Position numbers and translations under genes: made by a program. 30,265 nt of DNA, taken from IMG/VR virus record IMGVR_UViG_3300037631_000496, positions 1 through 30,265 of that record; one strand, given 5' to 3'. Source of the stretch: a virus (Duplodnaviria; Caudoviricetes). The notes below the pieces were generated by a model that saw nothing but the letters and a program-made list of their open reading frames with translations, was not told the origin of the DNA and searched no databases. Below, in pieces: positions 14,914 through 23,902 of this stretch; positions within the stretch are counted from its first letter, which is position 1; each line of letters opens with the position of its first letter.

Positions 14914-16182
14914 GTTTATTTCCATATTTTGTAAAATATGAGCAATTACATCTACTGTCCAGCCGTTTCCGAGCATCTTATAGCGCTGAGTATTTGATAC
15001 ATGATTAGTATAATCATCTGGAACTGTTTGTAATCTTTCGCACTCAATCGGGGTGAGCTTTCGCCAATAAACCTCTTGCTCATCTCCGACATTAGTTCTT
15101 GATGCAAATTCTCTTGTTAAAGCATGGGACTTACCATCAACATGAAAAACCCTATCTTGCATATATGGTTGTTTGCCACTTGCTTTCTTACTTGGATTTA
15201 TTTGATTTGGTTTTCTTTTATCCACCATTACTTTTGGTTCTCTATTTCCACCAGTGCAAGCATTAAGAGTTGGTGACTTACCATCTTCTGAATAGACTCT
15301 TTTTAATATATCGTGACCATTAATATCTATAGCTTCACCAACCTGGATTGGTTTTTGTGGTATTCCTGTAGCACCAAATGTTCCACCCTTCCTTCTATCA
15401 TTTTCAAAATTAGCACGAGAAGATTTATAGTATTGCGCTTTAATGGTTTGTGACTTGTCGGGTATATCAGTAAGATCATCTACAAGTTTAGTTTTATCAA
15501 CTGCAATAACGCCATAAGGAACGCCTTTGTGCATATTTGCTGTTAAACAATTAGACTTTTTGCTTTCATGTTTTATGTAATGTTCGGCTCTTGTTTTGCC
15601 ACCCGACCATTTCTCGCTACCTCTATTCATGTAAGCAATTGCTTTTTCAGATAATCCATCTATCTCTTTATTTTCTAATATATCTCTTAAAACCATGCCT
15701 CTTTGTTCAGGCTGTTCAACTCCAGGTATATTTGTCCAATAATATCTGACTCTGTTTTGTGCTGATACTAACGCTGAATTAATCATTATTGGCTCTACTC
15801 CCATGTGTTCAGAAATAATATCCAAATATTCTTTTTTCATTCTTACGTTTTCTAATAAAAAATATTTTGGTTTTAATTCTTTCACACATCTAACAAACTC
15901 AAAAAACAATGCAGATCTTGGATCATCAAAAGCCAGTTGTTTACCAGCAAAACTAAATCCTTGACATGGACTACCACCCATAACCAAATCAATGTTTGGT
16001 AGCGTTGAGGTATCTAATTCAGTCACATCACCAACTTGTATAATATCTGGGTAATTAGCTTCACTAACTTTCATAGCATACTTATCAATCTCACTAGCAT
16101 AATAGTTATTAACCTTTATGCCTAAACGCTCCAGGGCAATACGCCCACAACTCATACCATCAAATAAACTTAATACATTCAT
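14899..16182 (-). CDS. DNA (cytosine-5) methyltransferase
   Basis: Motif I LSLFDG, motif IV GGSPCQGFS, motif VI LLENV, motif VIII QNRVRYYW, and motifs IX/X RKLTPIECERLQ and YKMLGNGW. Confidence 0.95.
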   Translation of the reverse strand: MNVLSLFDGMSCGRIALERLGIKVNNYYASEIDKYAMKVSEANYPDIIQVGDVTELDTSTLPNIDLVMGGSPCQGFSFAGKQLAFDDPRSALFFEFVRCVKELKPKYFLLENVRMKKEYLDIISEHMGVEPIMINSALVSAQNRVRYYWTNIPGVEQPEQRGMVLRDILENKEIDGLSEKAIAYMNRGSEKWSGGKTRAEHYIKHESKKSNCLTANMHKGVPYGVIAVDKTKLVDDLTDIPDKSQTIKAQYYKSSRANFENDRRKGGTFGATGIPQKPIQVGEAIDINGHDILKRVYSEDGKSPTLNACTGGNREPKVMVDKRKPNQINPSKKASGKQPYMQDRVFHVDGKSHALTREFASRTNVGDEQEVYWRKLTPIECERLQTVPDDYTNHVSNTQRYKMLGNGWTVDVIAHILQNMEINHREC

Positions 16183-16191
16183 AATTTTCTC

Positions 16192-18036
16192 CTAAAAATT
16201 GTCATATAACTTAATTGGATTTTGTAATTCTTCTAATAATTCAAGCACGCCATCTTTCCTAAATAATGTTTTGGTTTCATAGTCAACATTGCCAGAATTA
16301 GATTTAACAAGTGCAGCTTTTACCACCGCCATGCGATCATTTTTCACGCGCATTTCCTCACAGATTCTTTCGCAATCCTCCGCGCTCGCCAACCACATAG
16401 CAATTGCCCACCTCACGCTATCAGTAATACTTGATGCGCCTCTGATCTCCGCTCTATGACTCATAGCATCATCACTATCATTTGCTAACGCTCCTTTATT
16501 AAGATGATGTACTGTGAGCGTGCAACACTTCAATCTAGCGCTGATGTTTGCGCAGTAAGATCCCCAAAGCTGTCCCGCCTCATTACTACTTGATACATTA
16601 CCAGTTGTAAATGCTTGTAGCGGATCAAAACAAACCAACCTTAAATTTGGTATTGCTCCTAACTCCTCCACCAGCTCTTGCGCGATAGGAGTAACCCCTT
16701 CTTCTCGCATCAATATCATTGGTTCTTTCTGCTCTGGGACTGGAAACACATAGACATCATATGAGGAGTCGAATCGCTTGCCTTTAGGATCAAGCAGATC
16801 TAAACGCCTATGTATTTCCATTAAATCATCTTCAGCACAAAAAATTACTGTATTACCACGCTGTTTTACATCTTTACCCCACCACCTGCCTCCGCACGCC
16901 ACAGACAATGCTAGCTGAATGATACTAAGTGACTTACCCACGCCACCAACTGCCGCTAATATGCCTGGCTTGGCTATAGGTATCAATCCATCTACTAAAA
17001 ATTTTTGTGGCTCTGGCTTACCTACTAAGTTTCTAACAGCGTACTTTTGTATGCCTAGCTTATGCTCCATGAGTTCAGCTTTAACTTTATCTAAACCATG
17101 TTTAAGATACAGATCATTATAATCACCGCGCTCGCTCGGTAGTCTCACCGCACAGTTAATTACAGCACTCGCGCACTCTTGCGCCTTCTTCTCACCAACA
17201 CCATTATCATCATTATCAAGCGCTAAAATAAATCTAGCACCTGTTAGCTCGCGCAATTTAGAGGCTGCATCTAACACAAAGTTAGCACTAAATACGCAAG
17301 CAACAGGAATTTGGGTAGCTTCATAAACTGAAGCAGCAGTTGAGTAGCCTTCAACTAAAATTAATTTTTCTATATTTTTTATTTCTGCAAAGCTAGTACC
17401 AATTAAAAATACATTGCCTTTGATTTCTGATGCAGATTTGAATCTTTTGTTGCCTTTTTTATCAATAGACTGTAGAGAACGAAGCTCGCCTGATGTAGAA
17501 TACACAGGAACAATTAAGTTTCCATTTAATTGCTTCAACCCATAACTTTTAACTTTTTTACTTGTGAGATATTCATGTTCAGTAGCCTCGTGGCATATAT
17601 TCAGTCGTTCTTTTGCCTCCACAGCAACTTCGTCTTGTCTCAGTTTCCTTTGCTCTTTCGCTTTTTTAGATGCCTCTGCCATCTGTTCATGTAAAGCTTG
17701 CTTGTCTACTACACTAAGGCTATTAGTATCTACAGAACTCCATTTGCCTTCAAAGCCAGTCTTCCAATTACCATAAGTACAAAACATATGTTCGCCAACT
17801 TGGTTTACCACATAGTAACCACTACGTTGACCGCCTTTATCTGGTTTGCTGTTTGTTGCATGTACTGGCACTCTGATTATGTCACCAGTAATTTCTAAGA
17901 AGTCTACAAGCAATCCCTGTGCTTGCATCTCGTTTATTAAATCTTGTGTACTCTTACCTGTACTAAAACCTAAGTCGTTATAGAGTACGTCCTTTTTCAG
18001 GTACTTTGTTAAATCCATTTGCAGCTCTCTGGTCAT
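16192..18036 (-). CDS. TOPRIM primase fused to RepA/AAA_25-type helicase (likely start ATG 18018)
   Basis: TOPRIM LVEGYSTA...ALDNDDNGVG...GDYNDL; Walker A GGVGKS; VCFDP, VHHLNK and IRGASS. Confidence 0.9.
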   Translation of the reverse strand: MTRELQMDLTKYLKKDVLYNDLGFSTGKSTQDLINEMQAQGLLVDFLEITGDIIRVPVHATNSKPDKGGQRSGYYVVNQVGEHMFCTYGNWKTGFEGKWSSVDTNSLSVVDKQALHEQMAEASKKAKEQRKLRQDEVAVEAKERLNICHEATEHEYLTSKKVKSYGLKQLNGNLIVPVYSTSGELRSLQSIDKKGNKRFKSASEIKGNVFLIGTSFAEIKNIEKLILVEGYSTAASVYEATQIPVACVFSANFVLDAASKLRELTGARFILALDNDDNGVGEKKAQECASAVINCAVRLPSERGDYNDLYLKHGLDKVKAELMEHKLGIQKYAVRNLVGKPEPQKFLVDGLIPIAKPGILAAVGGVGKSLSIIQLALSVACGGRWWGKDVKQRGNTVIFCAEDDLMEIHRRLDLLDPKGKRFDSSYDVYVFPVPEQKEPMILMREEGVTPIAQELVEELGAIPNLRLVCFDPLQAFTTGNVSSSNEAGQLWGSYCANISARLKCCTLTVHHLNKGALANDSDDAMSHRAEIRGASSITDSVRWAIAMWLASAEDCERICEEMRVKNDRMAVVKAALVKSNSGNVDYETKTLFRKDGVLELLEELQNPIKLYDNF

Positions 18037-18382
18037 CTAACTCGGCTTGCACGTTCGCCCAGTTTAGATATTCTCTAACAATAGAAGCAAAGACTCGTTT
18101 TCTGTTCTCCCTATCCCATTGATGTAATGGTTTGTCTGCTTCTTTTAATGTTAAATCTAAATATAAATCTTTGGTTTGTGCTATAGAGTATTCAATACCA
18201 TCATCATTTAATTGTGCTTTATTAGGTAGCCTTTCGCCTTCACTAATCTTTTTTAAATGATCCATACTGCACGCACCAAGCCAATGTTCTCCATCTTGTT
18301 TCAAAAAAGGGCCAGCTGGACGCTTACAATAAGCGCACAGCGTTGGCCTACGTTTAGCATCAAAATGGTACGTCATCATCAT
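17978..18382 (-). CDS. Hypothetical protein with putative Zn-binding CxxC...CxxxH
   Basis: LCAYC...GACSMDH; lies directly upstream of the primase. Confidence 0.7.
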   Translation of the reverse strand: MMMTYHFDAKRRPTLCAYCKRPAGPFLKQDGEHWLGACSMDHLKKISEGERLPNKAQLNDDGIEYSIAQTKDLYLDLTLKEADKPLHQWDRENRKRVFASIVREYLNWANVQAELDDQRAANGFNKVPEKGRTL

Positions 18383-18854
18383 CAGCTACACTTGATCCCA
18401 TTGCTTTAAGATCAGCCTCTGATGGACCAGCTTGTATTGGTTTTTCGCTAACAACTTTTGGCTTTGCATCAGTTGATTGCCAAGTCTTTCCCCAATCCTC
18501 GTTAATTTTTAGATACCCGTTCTCATCTTTTATAAGTTCAGCAGATACGCTTTTACCCATAAATGCAGTTGATGTATCTTTAGGTGGTTCTTTAATACCC
18601 ATAGCTTGCGCCATAAGTAAAATAGATTTAATACCACTATCAACATACTTAGGATTGTCATGTCCTACTGTAAAGGTATGGTTAATTCTTATACCAGAAT
18701 CACCAACCTCAAAATACATCTTGCACCCGCGCCAGCCGTTTCTACCTTCCACTAACGCTTCGTCCTCACCTTGCCAATGCAGAACATGCCTGCCTGGCTC
18801 TACTTGTCCTCTGCCTTCACCGACAGAATCAACATTATAATTTGTCAAATCCAT
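18360..18854 (-). CDS. Single-stranded DNA-binding protein (DUF669-like)
   Basis: Acidic C-terminal DDDVPF tail; position after the Sak4-like ATPase; AGGAG RBS. Confidence 0.7.
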   Translation of the reverse strand: MDLTNYNVDSVGEGRGQVEPGRHVLHWQGEDEALVEGRNGWRGCKMYFEVGDSGIRINHTFTVGHDNPKYVDSGIKSILLMAQAMGIKEPPKDTSTAFMGKSVSAELIKDENGYLKINEDWGKTWQSTDAKPKVVSEKPIQAGPSEADLKAMGSSVADDDDVPF

Positions 18855-18868
18855 AATTTACTCCTTTT

Positions 18869-18997
18869 TTAAATCCAACATTTATATTCAACGCAGTCAT
18901 CCTCTTTAGATCCACAATAGTTACAATAACCATCTGTATACTGTGGATCATCACCAGGATCAAACTCGTTATACTCTAATAGCAATATCTCATTCAT
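18869..18997 (-). CDS. 42-aa acidic four-Cys micro-protein
   Basis: MNEILLLEYNEFDPGDDPQYTDGYCNYCGSKEDDCVEYKCWI; ATGA overlap with the ATPase stop. Confidence 0.65.
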   Translation of the reverse strand: MNEILLLEYNEFDPGDDPQYTDGYCNYCGSKEDDCVEYKCWI

Positions 18998-19722
18998 TTC
19001 AACATCTGCTCCCTAATCGCTTGCCAATCAAAAGGCATCTCTGCATCTAAGCCAAATCTATTTTTAGCTTGGAAGCCAGGTGTTTCTTGTGTGAAGATAG
19101 TTCTATCACCTTGTTTTAGTTTAGTAGTCATGCCACCGCCTTTGCCTTTTACTTGGATAGTACCTATCTTGTAGTTAGCAAAAAATACAGCATCACTATG
19201 CTCTATGATTAAATCAGCTGCTTTTCTATGCAGTTTAATCTGATGTCTATCATGTGGCTCGCTTGATGGATCTTCATATCTTTTTACTTCGTTATGTGCG
19301 ATTTGTAGAATAGTAAATCCTTTTGCTCGCAACTGATTAAGTAAAGCAAGATACTCTTTCCAAGTCTCAAGACAAGCCGCATAGCCTTTTCCGTAAGCTG
19401 GTGCAGAGATATCTGGCCAACCATTCTTAAGACATACATGTTCATGCATCAATGTTTCTAACCAATCTAAACTATCTATGACAACAGTTTTGTATTCACT
19501 ATCATCATTGATTAATGCTCTTAAGTTATCTTCAAACTCAGTGTATGTACTAGCCACAGGAAAGTGTGGACATTCTATTTTACCGATACCATCTTCGGCT
19601 TGTACTATGATTGCTTTATTCATAGTTGCGCCAAAGGTTGTCTTACCAATACCACCTGGTCCATAAATAACCATGATTGGTGGTTTTAGTTTAGCCTTTT
19701 GTCTTATGTTAGCTAGACTCAC
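18994..19722 (-). CDS. Sak4-like/AAA_24 ATPase (single-strand annealing recombinase)
   Basis: IYGPGGIGKTT Walker A, VVIDSLDWLE Walker B, IAH and AKNRFGL. Confidence 0.85.
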   Translation of the reverse strand: MSLANIRQKAKLKPPIMVIYGPGGIGKTTFGATMNKAIIVQAEDGIGKIECPHFPVASTYTEFEDNLRALINDDSEYKTVVIDSLDWLETLMHEHVCLKNGWPDISAPAYGKGYAACLETWKEYLALLNQLRAKGFTILQIAHNEVKRYEDPSSEPHDRHQIKLHRKAADLIIEHSDAVFFANYKIGTIQVKGKGGGMTTKLKQGDRTIFTQETPGFQAKNRFGLDAEMPFDWQAIREQMLK

Positions 19723-19985
19723 TTAGACACCTCTATCTTAGGTTCATCAGTTGGCTCAACGATTTGCTTCATACGAGCCTCGTAAGATGCAAGTAAAGTA
19801 TTAAGATCATCAATATCGTTTTGTGCTTTCACAGTAAACTCATCTCTGACCTGTCTCTTTTCTTGCCATCTAGCCATCAATCGCTTTGCTTCTTCTGGTA
19901 ACTCAGAAAGCTTATGCTCTTTACCATCTTCAGTAAATTTAATTGTTGGCTCTTCAACATTTTCTGTTTTATTTTCTTCAACCAT
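19719..19985 (-). CDS. Hypothetical coiled-coil protein (88 aa)
   Basis: GGGAG RBS before the ATG at 19985 (MVEENKTE...); the longer track ORF overlaps the nuclease. Confidence 0.7.
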   Translation of the reverse strand: MVEENKTENVEEPTIKFTEDGKEHKLSELPEEAKRLMARWQEKRQVRDEFTVKAQNDIDDLNTLLASYEARMKQIVEPTDEPKIEVSK

Positions 19986-19986
19986 T

Positions 19987-20721
19987 TTAGTCTCCCTTTT
20001 GGTTTTGTTTATAGGTATCACATACTTCTTTAGCATTACACCAACGGCATCCGTCTTTGCTGTAGTTGTATGTGGGTATTTCTTCAAAGCAAGCATCAGC
20101 TGCTGGCTTTAAAGTTTCATAGGCCCATTCAACTAAATTAATAGCTGATATGGAATATGATCTGATTGGACCATCTTTATGCCAACCTCTTGGTTGCACG
20201 ATAGTCATTTGAACTGTGCAGTCATCGCCGTATCTAGTTAATGCACCTAGCGCATAGATACGCATTTGTGGGTTGTCTGCTTCTACCGCCCACTTACCTG
20301 TTTTTAAATCTATTATTTCTATGGTGTCTTTACCAATAAGAATAGCATCTGCTGTACCCCATAAATCTTCGTGTATCTCTGGCATGTTTACCTTTTCTTC
20401 AATCAATGGTCTTTTGATATCCAGCTCTTGTATTCTTTGATCTATGTAATCAACATAACTATTAGCGCAGTCAATCATCTCTTGATCTACAGTTATGTCA
20501 AAATCTTCTACATGATGTGTAGTACCTAGATAATACTCTTCTATGGTTAAGTTATTGAGTCTACCTTTTAGTAGTGTCTCTACCATTTCGTGAATCAATG
20601 TACCAGTAGCAGCGGGTATGCCTACCTTATATTCTACATCCATGCTCGCAAGTAATTGTGGCATACCTGGACATGCCATCCATATCTTTGCAGCTGATGG
20701 ACTTAACTTAGCGTGTGCCAT
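19987..20721 (-). CDS. Cas4-like PD-(D/E)XK exonuclease (DUF2800-type)
   Basis: HAKLSPS...CP, GTLIH, GTADA, DLKTGK, Q...YALG and a C-terminal CRWC...C Fe-S pattern. Confidence 0.85.
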   Translation of the reverse strand: MAHAKLSPSAAKIWMACPGMPQLLASMDVEYKVGIPAATGTLIHEMVETLLKGRLNNLTIEEYYLGTTHHVEDFDITVDQEMIDCANSYVDYIDQRIQELDIKRPLIEEKVNMPEIHEDLWGTADAILIGKDTIEIIDLKTGKWAVEADNPQMRIYALGALTRYGDDCTVQMTIVQPRGWHKDGPIRSYSISAINLVEWAYETLKPAADACFEEIPTYNYSKDGCRWCNAKEVCDTYKQNQKGD

Positions 20722-20923
20722 GGACGGAAATGTAAGAGTCTTGTTCCATTCTCTTCACATCATCAAGATCGTATTTAATCTTGCCACCAATCTTAAAGTA
20801 GTTTGGTCCTTGACCTCTGTACCTTCTATTATCGATTGTTTTCTTGCTGACTCCCCATCTCTCTGCTAGTTCGTCAACTTCTATGGTATTTGATATGTCA
20901 AAATTCTTTTCTGATATTTCCAT
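20708..20923 (-). CDS. Excisionase/AlpA-like HTH DNA-binding protein
   Basis: DELAERWGVSKKTIDNRRYRGQGPNYFKIGGKIKY. Confidence 0.85.
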   Translation of the reverse strand: MEISEKNFDISNTIEVDELAERWGVSKKTIDNRRYRGQGPNYFKIGGKIKYDLDDVKRMEQDSYISVHGTR

Positions 20924-21012
20924 AAATTTCCCTTTTATTTATATTTTTGTTTATAATATACCAATATTACTAATTTACAAGTAGTATAATAATAAAAAAG
21001 TGGAGAAATTTT
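20924..21012. promoter_or_regulatory. AT-rich divergent promoter region
   Basis: TATAAT boxes at about 20953 and 20986 (+); TTGTAA-N16-TATTAT on the minus strand; GGAGA RBS before 21013. Confidence 0.45.
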
Positions 21013-21345
21013 ATGAATAAAACTGTATATGCACATACAAATATAGGAAATGAAAAGGAATGGGATCAGGCTATAGATAAGCTTGCAACCAATAACCAAG
21101 TAGCTGGTACACATTATAAGTCAGCCAGAATACAACCCATTGACTATATCTATGCTAACAACCTGTCTTATAACTTAGGTAGTTGTCTTAAATACATAAC
21201 TAGAACAAAAGGTGATAAGAAAGATAGAGTAACTGATCTAATGAAAGCTAAACACTTTATAGATTTAGAACTACAGATGGTCCATGGCGTAGATTCTGAT
21301 GGTAACGATATAGGTAAATATTCAGTAGAGGTTTCTCTGGATTAA
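21013..21345 (+). CDS. DUF3310 family protein (T7 gp1.7/SaV-like)
   Basis: QVAGTHYK...IQPIDYI.AN.L...G..LKY..R...DL.KA.H signature. Confidence 0.8.
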   Translation: MNKTVYAHTNIGNEKEWDQAIDKLATNNQVAGTHYKSARIQPIDYIYANNLSYNLGSCLKYITRTKGDKKDRVTDLMKAKHFIDLELQMVHGVDSDGNDIGKYSVEVSLD

Positions 21346-21354
21346 GAGGTAACT

Positions 21355-21570
21355 ATGAATTTTGATGCGTTTGACGATCCAATTCTTAAAGAAAGAAACG
21401 GAAGAAAACCTATCTATGTAAACAAACATTTGGCTAGAAAGTTTAGAGATTTTTGTAAAATGGAACAGAAAGAACCACATGATGTGGCTGAGTATCTAAT
21501 ATCTTTAGGTATGAACTCTGTAACACATTATAAAGATCCTACTGTGTCTGTTGACATTGAAGCTCTTTAA
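21355..21570 (+). CDS. Ribbon-helix-helix-like small regulator
   Basis: RKPIYV strand followed by two helices; GAGGT RBS. Confidence 0.55.
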   Translation: MNFDAFDDPILKERNGRKPIYVNKHLARKFRDFCKMEQKEPHDVAEYLISLGMNSVTHYKDPTVSVDIEAL

Positions 21571-21952
21571 ATAGGTTTTCAGTATTAGTTAGCGAGTTCC
21601 ACGCACGTATCTCTTCGTCTTTAAAACTTATCTGTTTTAAGCCTTGTGGAAGAAGAAACTTAACTGATTGGTATTTAAGTGCAACCAAAGCATAAACATC
21701 TATAGCATCTTCTTTATAGAATCTTTCTTTGGTGTAAGCACCACGTCTAAAATCATATATCCATGAAACCCTACATCTTTGTATTTTAGACTGTGTTTTA
21801 ACTTGGCATTTATATATTTTATTATCAATGTCAAAGATGATGTCTGCTTCTGCGCTGTGTGGAACAATTACCACAGTATCAGTATATAAAGAAAGTAGCG
21901 AGGCTACTAAGTATTCTCCAGATCGGCCAACTCTTTCTGATTGGCGCGGCAT
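21539..21952 (-). CDS. Free-standing PD-(D/E)XK endonuclease (PDDEXK_5/I-Ssp6803I-like)
   Basis: GRSGEYLVASLL...ADIIFD...KCQVKT...Y....IDVYALV. Confidence 0.75.
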   Translation of the reverse strand: MPRQSERVGRSGEYLVASLLSLYTDTVVIVPHSAEADIIFDIDNKIYKCQVKTQSKIQRCRVSWIYDFRRGAYTKERFYKEDAIDVYALVALKYQSVKFLLPQGLKQISFKDEEIRAWNSLTNTENLFKELQCQQTQ

Positions 21953-21956
21953 ATGG

Positions 21957-23897
21957 TTATTCGGGTACTGTTAATAATGATTCTTGCTTATATTGGTTCT
22001 CTATAAGCTGTTGTGCTTGTGGACCTGTAAAACCAATAGCTGTTAAAACGGCGACTTTTGCATCTATAGGTGTATCAGCTTTTGTTGCCCAATTTTTGAA
22101 TGTAGCTTTAGTAGCTGGATTTGTTAGTGCTGCTGTAATGGCTTTTGGCGTTAAATATGCTCCTGCTGCAAGACTCAAGCCTGTTGTTGGATCTCCTGAA
22201 ATAATACCTCCACCAGCTCCTAATCCAAGAGCTGTATATAATTCTCTTTGGGAATTACCAAACGCTGTGTTAGAAAAGTTTACAGATTTACCAGCTTCTT
22301 TAAAACCTCTTGATAAAGTTTCTATGTCATCAACTTTTGTTCCTAAGCTTAATATTGATACAGGTAACTCATTTGTGCCTTTTTTTAGTTTTTCTATATT
22401 AGAAACTGTTTTTCCTACACTAAAACCACCATCAACGTCTCTTGTCAAATCCATAAATTGTTTTTCACCTAACAGTTTTAATTGATTTTCGTTGCCTAAA
22501 TTTTTATTAAAAATGTTACCTAAAAATTCATTTGCTTTAGAAGGTTCAGTTCTTAGATTTGTTTGTAATTTACTATAAATTTTTTCAGAAGGTAAAATAT
22601 CTTTACCAGCTTGTGTGGTGATAGGTTTTATTTGCCTATTGATAACATCGCTACCTTTTTTATAATAACTATTAGCTAATCTAGCTGTAACAGCGACATC
22701 GCCTCCTACTGATTCAGCTGCATCAAACAAGTCATCAGAAAGTGCTGCATATAATTTTTTTAAATCTGTCAAATCTGGAGAAGTACCTACTACAAAGTTA
22801 CCTTTAAGTTGTCTGCCTATGAGTGTTCTAAGCTGTGCTGTGTCTCTGTAATTAAGTATTGGATCGCCTTGAAAGTATACATTTAACCTATCGCCGATGT
22901 TTTTGCCAAACAATTCATTTAACCCTTTGTTTGAAAATCTATATTTGTTTGCTTGTAATACTTTTTTTGTATTTGACAATTCAAATGTTTTATTTCTTGG
23001 TATTTGTTTAGTCAGTCTTGCATACAAAGCGTCAGATCTTGTTAAAAAGTCATCTTCGAATTTTAAAGCAGCATTCAGAATTAAATCGCCTGCATCTTTA
23101 CTACCAAAATTACTACCTGTAGCTGTTAAATCTTCTATAGCTTTATTCAATTGTTCTAAAGATTGTGAATAAGATTGCACAACTTTGCTACCACCAGCTG
23201 TAGTCGCTAATGCGTTTTCTGTTCTAGCAACACTAGGTACTGTAACGCCTAAAGGTAAATCTTTCATACCAAGATTTTCCGCAGATTGGTAACTTGCTTT
23301 AGCTGTTGGACTGGTAAAAACTTTGTTTGCTTGTGATCTTAATACTTCAGAACCTTTAGCTATAGGAAATGGTGAAAGTCCTTCTATTGTTCCTTGTAAG
23401 GCTATATCGCCTGCGTGTTCTTTTATAGTTCTTGTATCTTCAGCTCCTTGACCAAAAAAATAACGTAATGCGGCATCATAAGCTTCACCATAAGCAACTG
23501 ATCCAGCGGCTGCGCCACCAGCAACTGCTATTGGCACTCCAGCAATAGATGGTGACGAAACCAATCCACCAGCAGCACCACCAACAAGACCGCCTGCTAT
23601 TTCTGGTAATATTCTGCCGTACTCAAAAACATCACCAAGATCAAATCCACCAGGATTAAACAAGGTGGGTTGTTTAGTTTTGGGATTTGTAAATACATAA
23701 TTATCTGAACCGAAAGGTATTGCGTCTGGATAATATTTTCTTAATAATTTTAATTTATCTTCTGGTTTTTTATATGCAGAAATAACTGCTCTTATTTTTT
23801 TTGGCGCACCTGTTTCATTATCTAAATTATCAAAAGATAAAGCGCCACCAGGAAGTGGTGGTGTTGTTGTTGCTCCTTGTGGCAGAGGTATAGCCAT
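21957..23897 (-). CDS. Internal virion/DNA ejection protein (large)
   Basis: 646 aa, helical, with Gly/Ala hydrophobic hairpins; last of three ORFs after the tail genes. Confidence 0.6.
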   Translation of the reverse strand: MAIPLPQGATTTPPLPGGALSFDNLDNETGAPKKIRAVISAYKKPEDKLKLLRKYYPDAIPFGSDNYVFTNPKTKQPTLFNPGGFDLGDVFEYGRILPEIAGGLVGGAAGGLVSSPSIAGVPIAVAGGAAAGSVAYGEAYDAALRYFFGQGAEDTRTIKEHAGDIALQGTIEGLSPFPIAKGSEVLRSQANKVFTSPTAKASYQSAENLGMKDLPLGVTVPSVARTENALATTAGGSKVVQSYSQSLEQLNKAIEDLTATGSNFGSKDAGDLILNAALKFEDDFLTRSDALYARLTKQIPRNKTFELSNTKKVLQANKYRFSNKGLNELFGKNIGDRLNVYFQGDPILNYRDTAQLRTLIGRQLKGNFVVGTSPDLTDLKKLYAALSDDLFDAAESVGGDVAVTARLANSYYKKGSDVINRQIKPITTQAGKDILPSEKIYSKLQTNLRTEPSKANEFLGNIFNKNLGNENQLKLLGEKQFMDLTRDVDGGFSVGKTVSNIEKLKKGTNELPVSILSLGTKVDDIETLSRGFKEAGKSVNFSNTAFGNSQRELYTALGLGAGGGIISGDPTTGLSLAAGAYLTPKAITAALTNPATKATFKNWATKADTPIDAKVAVLTAIGFTGPQAQQLIENQYKQESLLTVPE

Positions 23898-23902
23898 GTT
23901 TA

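Noticed and set aside
19987-20721. CRISPR-associated cas4
   Set aside because: No other cas genes or array are present; this is the usual stand-alone phage Cas4-like exonuclease next to Sak4 and SSB.
21859-22485. 208-aa plus-strand ORF
   Set aside because: It is antisense to the ejection-protein and endonuclease genes, with no independent support.
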